From contig JBDRCO010000003.1 in the NCBI GenBank assembly GCA_043821645.1, positions 96,001 to 160,000 of the forward strand: a DNA stretch of 64,000 nt, written 5' to 3'. Shown in pieces: positions 28,882 through 40,147 of the stretch. Within the stretch, counting starts at the first letter, position 1; each line of letters opens with the position of its first letter. Origin of the DNA: Pseudomonadota bacterium. GTDB lineage: Bacteria > Myxococcota > JACRCW01 > JAFGSX01. The translations under genes were made by a program, and so were the position numbers. Below the pieces are notes generated by a model. That model made no database searches and was not told the origin of the DNA. It saw nothing but the letters and a program-made list of their open reading frames with translations.

Positions 28882-30636
28882 TCAGTTCACGTGCTTGTTC
28901 TTCTCGAAGTACTCGAACAGCTTGGGTGAGTTGGCCTTCATCCACTGCGGATCGGTGCGGTACAGCGAGTACGCCTCGGCGTAGAACTCCTGGGCGCCCT
29001 CCTTGGCCGCGTAGTCCGTGAAGGGCAAGATCTTGTTGTCCTTGACGTACTTGGAAAAGCTCTGGAGCCGTGCGCTGGTGTCGCCGGGGCCACTGGCCGT
29101 CGTCTCCACGGCCCGGGCCGTGGCCATGGTCCGGGCCAGGTCCGCGCGGGTGTCCTGGGCAGCGGCCATGTCCTTGGCCGCGCGCGCGGTGGGGTCGCTG
29201 TCCGGGAGCTTGGCCAGGGCCGCGTCACGGTTCTTGATCGCGGTCGCCAGGGCGGTCTTGGCGGTCTTGACCTGGCTGTCGGTCTTGGCATCGGACAGAG
29301 CCTGGGTCTTCTTGTCCACGTCCTGGATGGCGCCATTGACCTTGAGGGCAGGCCGCTGCAGGGAGACCCCGCTGGTCTGCGCGTAGTACGTGTCGGCGGC
29401 GCTCTTGTAGTCGCCCAGGGTGTGCTTGTTGTAGGCCTCGGTGGCGACGTTGCGCGTGTTCATCGCGCTGTTCAACTTCTCGGCCTCGACGGCGTGGCCA
29501 GCCTCGTGCACCAGGGTCTGCACCGAGGGTGGCAGGCGGCTACCGGCGGCACCACTGCCGACGAAGCTGTTCGCATCGCCCTTGAATGTGTCATCGCCGA
29601 CGCGGATGCTCTTTTTGTAGCTGGCCGGCGGACCGACGTCGACATCCGCCTTGAACTCGGCCACGCGGGAACCACCCAGGGATGTGTGGCGCTCGAGCAC
29701 GATGCCCTTGAGGGCGTCGCGCTCGGCGCCCGAGGTCAGGCTGAACGCCGCATGGGCCTTGTTCAGCTCGTCCAGGGCAAAGGCCTTGGGCGTACTCGAG
29801 ACGGTGACGCCGAAGTCCTTCTGCAGTGCTTTCTTGGCCTCGTCGACGGTCTTGAAGGTCGAGGTCGCGGGGATCTCTGCCGTGCCTGGGCCGTGCAGGG
29901 TGACCGTCGCCTTGCCCGCCTTGCTGATCTCGGCGCTGATGGCGTTCTTGGTGCCGTTGAGGTCGACGATGCGGTCCTGGTGCCCGCCCTTCTCAGCATT
30001 GACCGAGTGCAACAGCGCGTGCTTGGCGTCGGCAGCCTCGGCGCTCTTGGGGTCCTTGAAGGGGGGCTTGAACTCGACGCCACCCGGGTATTCGGCGGCG
30101 AGAGCCTTGTCCAGGCGGGTGTGGGTCGCGGCGAGCTTGTCGGCCTTGCGCTCGGCGGCACTCAGCGGCGTGTTGAGCTTGCCACCGTTCATCACCGTGC
30201 CGTCGTACTTGTACTTGGTGCCCAGGTCGGCCTTGTCGCCGCCGTACTTGTAACCGAGGGTCTCGGAGCGTGCACCAGGCCGGGCCAGCTGCGCGGGGCG
30301 GGGCAGGGTCGAGGCGCCCAGCATGGCCCTGGACACCTCGGCGTTCAGGGCCTGGTCGACCTGGACCGCCTTCTTTTTCTTCTTCTTCGAGGTCTTGCCC
30401 ACACTCGCGTTCTCGATGTGGGTCAGCTTGCCGCCATCCTGGGGTCGGGCCGTCGTGTGAAACCGGTCCGCGGAGCCCGTGCTCTTGAGACCTGCATGCT
30501 CCTCGGTGGAGGCAGGAGCCTTCGCGGTCTCCGGGGTCGAGGAGGCCTGGGTGGTCGACGGCGCTGTCTGGGTGGCGGGCGAGGGCGCGACGGTCGGTGC
30601 TGGCCCGGGCTGGGCCGGGGTTCGGATCGTGCTCAT
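28882..30636 (-). CDS. Zinc metallopeptidase, anthrax-lethal-factor-like C-terminus
   Basis: LVHEAGHAV then FTDYAA..QEFYAEAYSLY..PKLFEYF; no signal peptide; P/T/S-rich leader. Confidence 0.72.
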   Translation of the reverse strand: MSTIRTPAQPGPAPTVAPSPATQTAPSTTQASSTPETAKAPASTEEHAGLKSTGSADRFHTTARPQDGGKLTHIENASVGKTSKKKKKKAVQVDQALNAEVSRAMLGASTLPRPAQLARPGARSETLGYKYGGDKADLGTKYKYDGTVMNGGKLNTPLSAAERKADKLAATHTRLDKALAAEYPGGVEFKPPFKDPKSAEAADAKHALLHSVNAEKGGHQDRIVDLNGTKNAISAEISKAGKATVTLHGPGTAEIPATSTFKTVDEAKKALQKDFGVTVSSTPKAFALDELNKAHAAFSLTSGAERDALKGIVLERHTSLGGSRVAEFKADVDVGPPASYKKSIRVGDDTFKGDANSFVGSGAAGSRLPPSVQTLVHEAGHAVEAEKLNSAMNTRNVATEAYNKHTLGDYKSAADTYYAQTSGVSLQRPALKVNGAIQDVDKKTQALSDAKTDSQVKTAKTALATAIKNRDAALAKLPDSDPTARAAKDMAAAQDTRADLARTMATARAVETTASGPGDTSARLQSFSKYVKDNKILPFTDYAAKEGAQEFYAEAYSLYRTDPQWMKANSPKLFEYFEKNKHVN

Positions 30637-30665
30637 GGTGGGGCTCCCCCTGAAATGGAGGTCCC

Positions 30666-30694
30666 ACTGTGAACCCGGGAGCCGGGCAGGTCAA
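30666..30694 (-). promoter_or_regulatory. Sigma70-like promoter for the metallopeptidase
   Basis: TTGACC-N17-CACAGT. Confidence 0.35.
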
Positions 30695-30713
30695 CCGCCC
30701 GGCGCGCGAAGGC

Positions 30714-32399
<1,686 letters not shown>

Positions 32400-32490
32400 G
32401 ATTGCAGACTCCTCGGCGTCTCTCGCGCCGGGCGCATGATCCGATGAAGCGGATGGGGCGTAAAGCGTCGGCGTGACGCGGATCGTCAGG

Positions 32491-34041
32491 TCAGTCCAGG
32501 ATCTCGCGCGCCTTGACCGCGCTGTTCATGGGCTCCTGGCCAGGCTCCCAGGGCATGGACGCCAGGGCGCGGGCACGCGAGGTGGGCTCGTTGCCGATGT
32601 CATTGGGAACCGCGTCGATGCTCTTCTTGAGCGCGCGGTAGTCGGGGTCGTTGCGGCGACTGCGATCGGACAGCCGGGTCTCGATCTCGTCCATGAGCGA
32701 GCTGTCGCGCATGAACAGGCCGTAGGCGCTGACCTCGCGGCCCATGGCGTGCTGGATGATGCTCACCGAGTCGTTGCACACGCCGGTGACGCCGTAGCCC
32801 GACATCTTCATGCCCTGGGCGCGTGCGCTGTCGTTGATGAGGTCGCCCATGAGCCCGGCCAGGTTGACCGCGCGCAGGGCCTCGTCACCCGAGAACTGGT
32901 CGACGACCTTGCCGCCCAGCCAGTCCGGGGTCTGGTTGAGGCCATCGGGGAAGAAGCCGGTGTCGGGCACGCCCTGGTACCACTTCATGTCAGCGTCGAT
33001 ACCGGGGCCCTGGGTGGTGGGCCCGGACTTGATCGAGATCAGCAGGTCCGAGTGCAGGGCGGGCAGCACGGCCTCGTTGCCCTGGGCGTCCTTGACACCG
33101 GTGCGCATCATGACCCCGGCGGGTACGTCGTGCAGTGCGCCGTCGGGCGTTCGCGTCATCAGGCTGGCAAAGTTGGCCGCGCGGTGCTTGATGGCGACGT
33201 TCACCTCGTGGCCATCGTCCTTGAGCGCCTTGAGAAAGGTGTCCAGGCGCGTGAACTCGCCGCCCTTGTAGGCGACGCTGAAGCGCTCGCCCGCGGGCAG
33301 GTTGGCGTTGTCGGCGAGGCGGTTGAAGACCTCGGCCAGCACCACGCGCTGCTTGGCCTGGTCGTCGGGCAGGTCGCTGATGAGCCCGCCCTGGTACAGC
33401 CCTGGCGCCAGCTCCTTCATGCCGGGGTCGCCGCGGGTATAGGCCACGCTGTCGAGCTTGGCCCAGTCGAAGCTCTGGGGGAGCAGGTGCTTGGGGGCAT
33501 CGGGCTGGGCGCCGCCGCTGGCGCTGCGGGCGCGGGCCGAGGCCTGCATGGCGTCGAAGCCGTCGGCCATCTGCTGCGTCGTCACCTGCAGCATGTTGGC
33601 CAGCTTTTGTGGATCCGCCAGGGCCGCCTGCACCATGGCCGGCGGGAACTGTATGCCGGTCTCGCGCTGCAGCTGATCGATGATCTGCTGCACGGCCTGC
33701 TGGCTGCCGGGCTGGCTGGCCACGGCCGTGAGCACGTGGTTCAGGTCCACCGCCTCGGGATAGCGACCGGGCACCAGACCGAACAGGTCCTGGGGCCTGG
33801 GCGCGTCGAAGGTGCGGGCCGCCAGGTGACTGAGCGCGTTGGAGACGCCGGTGCCGTCGCCGAGGGCGCCGGTGACGTCGGGCACCACGCCGTTGGTGGT
33901 GGCTGCGTCCAGGCCTCCCGGTGGCGTCGTGGAGTTGTTGTCGACCGGAGCGTTGACGTTGGTCGTGGTCACCGGCGTGTTCGTCGTGGTGCTGTCGACG
34001 ACAGGGCGGCGAACATTGCTGCGGTTGTCGATGGCGGTCAT
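32491..34041 (-). CDS. Hypothetical protein, Thr/Asn-rich leader, [11 protein letters not shown] motif
   Basis: AGGAG RBS; strong coding codon bias; 28 nt after upstream stop; no signal peptide. Confidence 0.75.
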   Translation of the reverse strand: MTAIDNRSNVRRPVVDSTTTNTPVTTTNVNAPVDNNSTTPPGGLDAATTNGVVPDVTGALGDGTGVSNALSHLAARTFDAPRPQDLFGLVPGRYPEAVDLNHVLTAVASQPGSQQAVQQIIDQLQRETGIQFPPAMVQAALADPQKLANMLQVTTQQMADGFDAMQASARARSASGGAQPDAPKHLLPQSFDWAKLDSVAYTRGDPGMKELAPGLYQGGLISDLPDDQAKQRVVLAEVFNRLADNANLPAGERFSVAYKGGEFTRLDTFLKALKDDGHEVNVAIKHRAANFASLMTRTPDGALHDVPAGVMMRTGVKDAQGNEAVLPALHSDLLISIKSGPTTQGPGIDADMKWYQGVPDTGFFPDGLNQTPDWLGGKVVDQFSGDEALRAVNLAGLMGDLINDSARAQGMKMSGYGVTGVCNDSVSIIQHAMGREVSAYGLFMRDSSLMDEIETRLSDRSRRNDPDYRALKKSIDAVPNDIGNEPTSRARALASMPWEPGQEPMNSAVKAREILD

Positions 34042-34069
34042 GCAGGCTCCTGTGTTCGAAAAAAAAGCG

Positions 34070-36283
34070 TCAATCCGGCCGACGCGTGTGACTGCTGGGG
34101 TCCAGCATGTGATCGGTGACCGTGCTGGGGTGCGCGGGCGCGCCGTTTTCCTGCACGCCGTACTCGCGGCCATAGTACTTGACCCGCACGCTGGCCACGG
34201 TCTCGTCCATGCCCGCCATGCGGCTCAGGGCGAGGACCTCGGGAAGGTTCTCGTAGTCGTACTTCTGCAGCATGGTGTTGAGCTTGCCCACCCACTGGCC
34301 CTGTTCCGAACTCTCGCCGAGCGAGCGCATGTTGTCGCTGAACCTGCCGGCGTCACCCACCGCCTCGGCATAGCCCCAGCTATCGCCCCACCTGATATCG
34401 ACGCCCGCGTCCTGCGCGGCGCGGTAGAACTCGCGGATTGCGGTGTCCTGCTTCTTCGTGTCCTCCGGGTCGTTGCCAGGAGTCTGCTTGAGCTGCTGGT
34501 ACTCGCGCGCTGCCTGCATCGCAGCCGGAACGTTGACGAGCTCGGTGATGCGGGACAGTTCGGGCTTGACCGTGGCCGTGGCGGCAGCGTGGGCCCGCAG
34601 GAGCTTGGTCTCGGCCTCGGGTCCGTGGGTGGCATCCAGGATGTTGTGCATGCCTTGCTGGCTGTACACGACGTCGTAGCTGCGCTCGGTGTTGTCCTTC
34701 GCTGAGAACAGCACGCGACCCTCGAACTCGGGTGCATCCGACAGGTCGACCCCGAACTCGCGGGCGAAGTTCTTGTAGTGTGCCATCTCCTTCTGAAAGG
34801 TGGCGGTGTCGTCCATGTTGTTGCGGACGTTGAGGTAAGGAGTCTCCTTGATGTTGCCCTGGGGGTCCTTCTCCATCAGGTAGGCCGCGTCCCAGTTGGT
34901 CTGTTGCGAACCCGTGATGATGTTGCTGCCGTGCCGATCAAAGTCGGATCGTCGGAGCCAGGCCTCATGCCCGTCGGGCGTGCGCACGTGCAGCTCGCCG
35001 TTGGTGGCGGTCAGGCGCTTGAGGAGCAGCTTCTTGTCGAAGAACTCGATCTTGGCCATCATGGCCGTCGACGAGGTCTCGCCCGTGGCGGTGATGCGCT
35101 GCACTCCGGACTGCTCGGGGTGCTGGCTTGCACGCTCCAGGGCCTTGTCATTGAGCAGGATGCCCTTGTCGTAGTTGGCCGCGGCGTTGGGGTTCTTGGT
35201 GTCGTACACCGACACCGCGATCTGCCTGTCGTTCTCGTAGGTCCCGCTGCTGACCGTGGCACTGATCTTCAGCTTGTTGACCAGGTCGGCGACCTTGTCT
35301 GCGGCCAATCCCCCCACGTGGTCTCCGAGCTTCTGATTTCGCAGCGAGGGAACCTTGGCGAACAGCTCGTCCTCGACGGGTCCATCGCCGACCTGCAGGC
35401 CAACGCTGGCTTGCAGGGAGGCCGAGCGAGATTTCCCGTCGAGCTCGGTGAGGGTGCTGGCATAGAAACCGTTGTCCAGGGCCTCGCCCTTGAGTTCGTA
35501 CATCTTCTCTGTCCCGCTCGACACGCTCGCCGAGACGCTGGCAGCCAGACCCACCGGTCCGGCGAGGGGCGTCAGCGAACTCGAACTGGCGCCTACCGAT
35601 GCGCTGGCCGTGCCGCGGCCCGTGACCTTCCAGCTCGAGCCCGGCTCCATGGCAAAGGCCGCGTCCGACTTGAGTGGAAGATCCACCGAGTAGTCCTTGA
35701 AGACCTGCTTGACTACGTCCTTGGTGCCGCTGGTCAGCTTGCGCTTGTCCTCGGCGGTCACCGTGTAGGGCTGGGTGGTCTCGTAGACCAGGTAGCCGTC
35801 GGCGGCGAAGCCCGCGCTGGCGGGAAGCCCGGGGAGACCCCTTGCGACATGGGACCCTGCGTGGACAGCCACCTGAGTCTTGAGCCACACCACGTCCTTG
35901 CCGGTCTCGGCCTGGATGCGCTCGGCGGTCTGCTTTTGCAGCGCGGTCTGATGTTCCGGATTGATGATGTCCTCGGACAGCTTGATGCCGACGGGACCAA
36001 CGCTAGCGCCGACGCTGTGTTCCTTGCGGATCTCGTCCAGGGTCATGACCTTGACCTTGTCGACGGCCTTGTCAAAGGTCCGGCGCACCACACCCGGACG
36101 CTCTGTCCTGTCCACGCCATCGCTGTGCGTCCCCTCGGTCACCGCACTGGTCGCGGTCACGGTGGAGGTGCTCGCGGCTTCTCCCGTACCGGCCGTGTTG
36201 GTGGTTCCGCCTGACGTGGTGGTCGTCGCGGGGTCGCTGGAGTTCGTGCGTGTGGTCGGCGTGCGGGTGTTGATGCCGGTCAT
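34070..36283 (-). CDS. Large hypothetical protein, Thr/Ser-rich leader
   Basis: AAGGAG RBS; 737 aa; no signal peptide or TM helix. Confidence 0.75.
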   Translation of the reverse strand: MTGINTRTPTTRTNSSDPATTTTSGGTTNTAGTGEAASTSTVTATSAVTEGTHSDGVDRTERPGVVRRTFDKAVDKVKVMTLDEIRKEHSVGASVGPVGIKLSEDIINPEHQTALQKQTAERIQAETGKDVVWLKTQVAVHAGSHVARGLPGLPASAGFAADGYLVYETTQPYTVTAEDKRKLTSGTKDVVKQVFKDYSVDLPLKSDAAFAMEPGSSWKVTGRGTASASVGASSSSLTPLAGPVGLAASVSASVSSGTEKMYELKGEALDNGFYASTLTELDGKSRSASLQASVGLQVGDGPVEDELFAKVPSLRNQKLGDHVGGLAADKVADLVNKLKISATVSSGTYENDRQIAVSVYDTKNPNAAANYDKGILLNDKALERASQHPEQSGVQRITATGETSSTAMMAKIEFFDKKLLLKRLTATNGELHVRTPDGHEAWLRRSDFDRHGSNIITGSQQTNWDAAYLMEKDPQGNIKETPYLNVRNNMDDTATFQKEMAHYKNFAREFGVDLSDAPEFEGRVLFSAKDNTERSYDVVYSQQGMHNILDATHGPEAETKLLRAHAAATATVKPELSRITELVNVPAAMQAAREYQQLKQTPGNDPEDTKKQDTAIREFYRAAQDAGVDIRWGDSWGYAEAVGDAGRFSDNMRSLGESSEQGQWVGKLNTMLQKYDYENLPEVLALSRMAGMDETVASVRVKYYGREYGVQENGAPAHPSTVTDHMLDPSSHTRRPD

Positions 36284-36324
36284 GGTCACTCCTTGACGGA
36301 CAGGGGGACGAGCCTCTCAGCCTG

Positions 36325-36353
36325 TTCACTATCAATGGCCGGAGGATTTTGGC
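36325..36353 (-). promoter_or_regulatory. Upstream motif, copy 2
   Basis: Minus strand GCCAAA ATC CTCCGGCCATTGATAGTGAA. Confidence 0.4.
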
Positions 36354-36518
36354 AGCTGGCTTGGTCTCACCCTCGGTTTGCAGAATCAGGGAGTGCGAAA
36401 CTGCACCCCGCAGCCCACACCTCGACCTCTCACCGAGTCGTCACCGCCTCGCGAGCCCGGCGAGCACCGCGCCGCCGGGAGCGTTGGCGGGGCGGGGCCA
36501 TCGACGCTTCGCCAGAGG

Positions 36519-37295
36519 CTACAGTGGGGACCGGATCAACCCACCGTCGACGGCCAGACAGGTGCCGGTGATGTAGCGAGCGCGGGCGCTGGAGAGGAAC
36601 AGCACGGCCCCGGCGACGTCGTCCGGGCTGCCGATGCGGTGCAGCGGGATCTCCTCGGCCCAGCGCGCGTATGTGCCCTCGATGTTACCGCCGCTTTCTC
36701 GCGCCAGGGTGCGCAGCCGCTCGGTGTCGGTGCGGCCGGTGAGAATGCAGTTCGAGCGCACGCCGCGTGCGCCCTCGATGTCGGCAATGGACTTGCTCAG
36801 CCCCACCACGGCCAGGCGCAGAGCATTGGAGAGCATCAGGTTGGGCTCGGGCTGCTTGACGGTCAAGCTGGTCAGATGCACCAGGCTGCCGCGCGAGGAG
36901 CGCAGGTAGGGCAGGGCCGAACGGCACAGGCGCTCGACCGAGCGCAGCGTGGTGTTGATGCCCACGCCGAAGGTTTGCTCGGCCACGCTGTCAAAGGTTC
37001 CCGACGGAGGCCCGCCGCAGTTGGTGACCAGCACATCGATGCCGCCCCAGGTCTCGATACCGTCGCGGACAAAGGTCTCCGCGCCCAGCGAGGTGGTCAG
37101 GTCGCACAGGGTCGAGGAGGCTCCGGCCGCGCCCACGGCAAAGCAGGCGTGCACCACATCTTCGAGGGCCGAGGCGTCGCGACCGCAGATGTGGACGTTG
37201 GCGCCCTCCTGGCCAAACGCGATGGCGACGGCCCGACCAATGCCCTTGGAGGCTGCGGCGACGAAGACATTCTTGCCAGCCAGCTCGAGGTCCAT
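36519..37295 (-). CDS. SDR family oxidoreductase
   Basis: AAASKGIG, DVLVTNCGGP, SNALR, GRTDTER, IPLHRIG, VDGG. Confidence 0.9.
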   Translation of the reverse strand: MDLELAGKNVFVAAASKGIGRAVAIAFGQEGANVHICGRDASALEDVVHACFAVGAAGASSTLCDLTTSLGAETFVRDGIETWGGIDVLVTNCGGPPSGTFDSVAEQTFGVGINTTLRSVERLCRSALPYLRSSRGSLVHLTSLTVKQPEPNLMLSNALRLAVVGLSKSIADIEGARGVRSNCILTGRTDTERLRTLARESGGNIEGTYARWAEEIPLHRIGSPDDVAGAVLFLSSARARYITGTCLAVDGGLIRSPL

Positions 37296-37460
37296 CTTTT
37301 CCTCCGCATTCTCCGCACGTCTGGGGGGGGCCGGACGACCGGGTGGCCCGGACCAGACCGGCCACGCCTTGGTGGTGCGCAGAGAATATGGTCCTGTAGC
37401 GCAAAAGCCAGGTCCGCGGAAGACATCGCACCACTCCGATGACGCATCGCGACGTGGCTC

Positions 37461-37489
37461 TTGAACGACCGGGCGCGCGGGCCTATGCT
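37461..37489 (+). promoter_or_regulatory. Sigma70 promoter of mdh
   Basis: TTGAAC-N17-TATGCT. Confidence 0.6.
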
Positions 37490-37593
37490 CCGCGCCGTCC
37501 GCGTGGGGTCCCTGAGATCACAGCAGGGCAAGGTCGCACGCGGCGTGCACAGGACACACAATCCAGAGGTCCCTTGGGACAGGAGGCACGGAC

Positions 37594-38601
37594 ATGTTGA
37601 ACAAGATTGGCGTCATTGGTGGTGGATACATCGGCGGTGTGCTGGTGCAGGAGATCGTGCGGCGCAGGCTGGCCAAGAACGTGGCCCTGACCGACCCGGC
37701 TCCCTTCGTCAACGCGAGCGATCCACCGGAGAAGCAGGAAGTCACCAAGAAGCAGGGCGTGGCCAAGGGCAAGGCGCTGGACATCCTCGCCGGCACCCCG
37801 ATCATGGGCAGCGACGTCAAGATCGAGGCCAGCCGCGACTATGACGTGCTCAAGGGCTGTGATCTGATCATCAGCACCGCAGGTGTCCCGCGCAAGGCGC
37901 GCCCCGACGGCACCTTCCCCAGCCGCGAGGAGCTGCTCTCGATCAACCTCAAGGTCACCGGCCAGGTGGCGGACGCCATCGGCAAGTACTGCAAGGACGC
38001 GATCGTCATCAACATCGCCAACCCGCTCGATGCCATCGTGTACACGCTGTTCAAGAAGCTCGCCCCACCCAAGGCCAAGCTGCTGGGCATGGCTGGCGTG
38101 CTCGACTCGGCGCGCTATCGCTACTTCGTGGCCGACGCCGCCAACGTCAGCGTCGAGAATGTCGAGGCCGTGGTGCTCGGTGGCCATGGCGACGACATGG
38201 TGCCCGTGCGCTCGTGCTGCCGCGTCGCCGGTATGCCGGTCGAGAAGTTCGTGCCCGCGGACAAGCTGGATGCCATCGAGAGCCGCACGCGCAAGGCGGG
38301 TGGCGAGGTTGTGGGTCTGCTGGGCTTCGGCTCGGCCTTTGTGTCCCCGGCCTTCAGCGCTCTCGAGATGGCCGAGGCCATCATCTACGACAAGCGCAAG
38401 ATCATCCCTGTGTGCACCCTGCTCGAGGGTGAGTACGGCATCAAGGGCCTGTTCGTGGGCGTGCCCGCGATCGTGGGCAAGAACGGCATCGAGAAGATCA
38501 TCGAGGTCGACCTCAACGAGGGCGAGAAGGCTGCTCTGGCCAAGAGCGTCGAGGGCGTCAAGAAGACCTGCGCCGAGGTCGACACCCTTCTCAACAAGTA
38601 A
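37594..38601 (+). CDS. mdh: Malate dehydrogenase (LDH-like)
   Basis: IGGGYIG, KGKALD, TAGVPRK..SREEL, NPLD, GMAGVLDSAR, LGGHGDDMVP. Confidence 0.92.
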   Translation: MLNKIGVIGGGYIGGVLVQEIVRRRLAKNVALTDPAPFVNASDPPEKQEVTKKQGVAKGKALDILAGTPIMGSDVKIEASRDYDVLKGCDLIISTAGVPRKARPDGTFPSREELLSINLKVTGQVADAIGKYCKDAIVINIANPLDAIVYTLFKKLAPPKAKLLGMAGVLDSARYRYFVADAANVSVENVEAVVLGGHGDDMVPVRSCCRVAGMPVEKFVPADKLDAIESRTRKAGGEVVGLLGFGSAFVSPAFSALEMAEAIIYDKRKIIPVCTLLEGEYGIKGLFVGVPAIVGKNGIEKIIEVDLNEGEKAALAKSVEGVKKTCAEVDTLLNK

Positions 38602-38607
38602 TTCCCG

Positions 38608-38646
38608 CTCCTGCACCGGGTGCTCCTCGGGGCACCCGGTGCGGAG
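38608..38646 (+). terminator. GC-rich stem-loop after mdh
   Basis: CTCC(T)GCACCGGGTGC..GCACCCGGTGCGGAG; no U-tract. Confidence 0.5.
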
Positions 38647-39353
38647 TGTCCCTCCCTGTGACCAGCGCTCCCCTACTTTGCGCGACAGGCCTGCACCGTT
38701 CGGTGCAGCAAGGCGAGCGACCGCGCGTCCTGTTCTCCGACGTCGAACTCGAGCTGTCATCCGCCGAGCGGGTGCTGCTTGGTGGTCCCTCCGGTGCTGG
38801 GAAAAGCAGCCTGCTGCGCTGCTTGGTGGGGCTGGATCCTCTGCAGCGCGGCACACTCGTCCTCGACGGGGCACCCGTCACCGCCAACGAAGGTCCTCGA
38901 CTGCGTGCCCAGATCGGCTACGTCGCGCAGACCCCGCGGGTGCGCGCGGGCAGCGTCGCCGCCTATCTCGACGAGCCCTGGTCCTTTGCGGTGCACCGCG
39001 GCCGGTCACAGTCCCGGGCCGAGCGCGATCGGCTGGTGTCCGCTCTGGGCTTCACCGAGGACCAGCTCGAGACCTCGACCGATGGCCTGTCCGGTGGTGA
39101 GCGCAAACGGCTGGCCTTGCTGCGCGCGCTGTGGCTGGAACCGCGAGCCTTGCTGCTCGACGAGCCGAGTGCAGGGCTCGATCCCGAGCGCATCGACGCG
39201 GTGCTGGCCGAGATAGATCGCTTCGTCGAGCGGGGTGGGGCGGTGGTCGTGGTCAGCCACGACCTGGGTGCTGCGCGGATACGGCCATCGAGATCCTGGC
39301 AGCTGGCCAGCGGGACGTTCACGGTGCAGCAACCCGAGCGGAGCAGCCCATGA
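38646..39353 (+). CDS. ABC ATPase (FetA/YbbL-like)
   Basis: GPSGAGKS, LSGGERKR, LLLDEP, VSHD; start uncertain. Confidence 0.85.
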   Translation: MSLPVTSAPLLCATGLHRSVQQGERPRVLFSDVELELSSAERVLLGGPSGAGKSSLLRCLVGLDPLQRGTLVLDGAPVTANEGPRLRAQIGYVAQTPRVRAGSVAAYLDEPWSFAVHRGRSQSRAERDRLVSALGFTEDQLETSTDGLSGGERKRLALLRALWLEPRALLLDEPSAGLDPERIDAVLAEIDRFVERGGAVVVVSHDLGAARIRPSRSWQLASGTFTVQQPERSSP

Positions 39354-40147
39354 ACGGGGCCATGCCCGTCGGTGTGTCCGAGCTCCTCATCGCGGCCTCC
39401 CTGGTGGCGCTGTCCGCTGCTGTATCGATGCTGCTGCGCCTGGGTCTGACCCGTCGCATCGCCATCGCGTCCCTGCGCACCGCCGTCCAGCTGCTGGCCG
39501 TCGGCTACCTGCTCAAGATCGTGTTCAGCGTCGAGGCGGCCTGGCCGGTTGTGGTGGCGCTGCTCGCGATGACGGGGGTGGCGGGCTGGTCCGCGCTGGG
39601 TCGCGTCGAGCGCAGTGTGCCGGGCGCCTTCGGTCTGGCGCTGGTGTCCATCGCGCTATCGGCCTTCGTGGCCACCGGTGTGGTGACCCAGCTCGCCCTG
39701 GGCATCACACCCTGGTACCACGCCCAGTACCTGATCCCGCTGGCTGGCATGGTGCTGGGCAACTCCCTCACGGGGATCTCCCTGGCCATGGACCGATTGC
39801 TGGCCGGTCTCGACGAGCAGCGCGAGGTGGTCGAGGAGAGGCTGGCTGCCGGAGCCACGCCCTGGGAGGCCGCGCGACCGCTCATCGTGGTGGCGGTCCG
39901 CGCAGCCATGGTGCCGACGCTGAATGCCATGACGGTCGCGGGCATCGTCAGTTTGCCCGGCATGATGACGGGTCAGATCCTCGCGGGCGCGGATCCGGTG
40001 CAGGCGGTCGGCTACCAGATCGTCATCATGTTCATGCTGTGCGGTGCCACCGCGCTGGGCGGCATGCTGCTCGGCACGCTGGTGTTCCGCTCGCTGCTGG
40101 GTCCGCCCGGGCGGATCCGCTTCGAGGTCATGACGCGCCGGGGCTAG
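39350..40147 (+). CDS. UPF0014 permease (FetB/YbbM-like)
   Basis: RTAVQLLAVGY, YLIPLAGMVLGNS, GIVSLPGMMTGQILAGADP..YQI. Confidence 0.9.
   Translation: MNGAMPVGVSELLIAASLVALSAAVSMLLRLGLTRRIAIASLRTAVQLLAVGYLLKIVFSVEAAWPVVVALLAMTGVAGWSALGRVERSVPGAFGLALVSIALSAFVATGVVTQLALGITPWYHAQYLIPLAGMVLGNSLTGISLAMDRLLAGLDEQREVVEERLAAGATPWEAARPLIVVAVRAAMVPTLNAMTVAGIVSLPGMMTGQILAGADPVQAVGYQIVIMFMLCGATALGGMLLGTLVFRSLLGPPGRIRFEVMTRRG

Noticed and set aside
34059-34066. T-run (minus strand) between the two unknown genes as a terminator
   Set aside because: No convincing stem before it; spacer is short and contains the next RBS.
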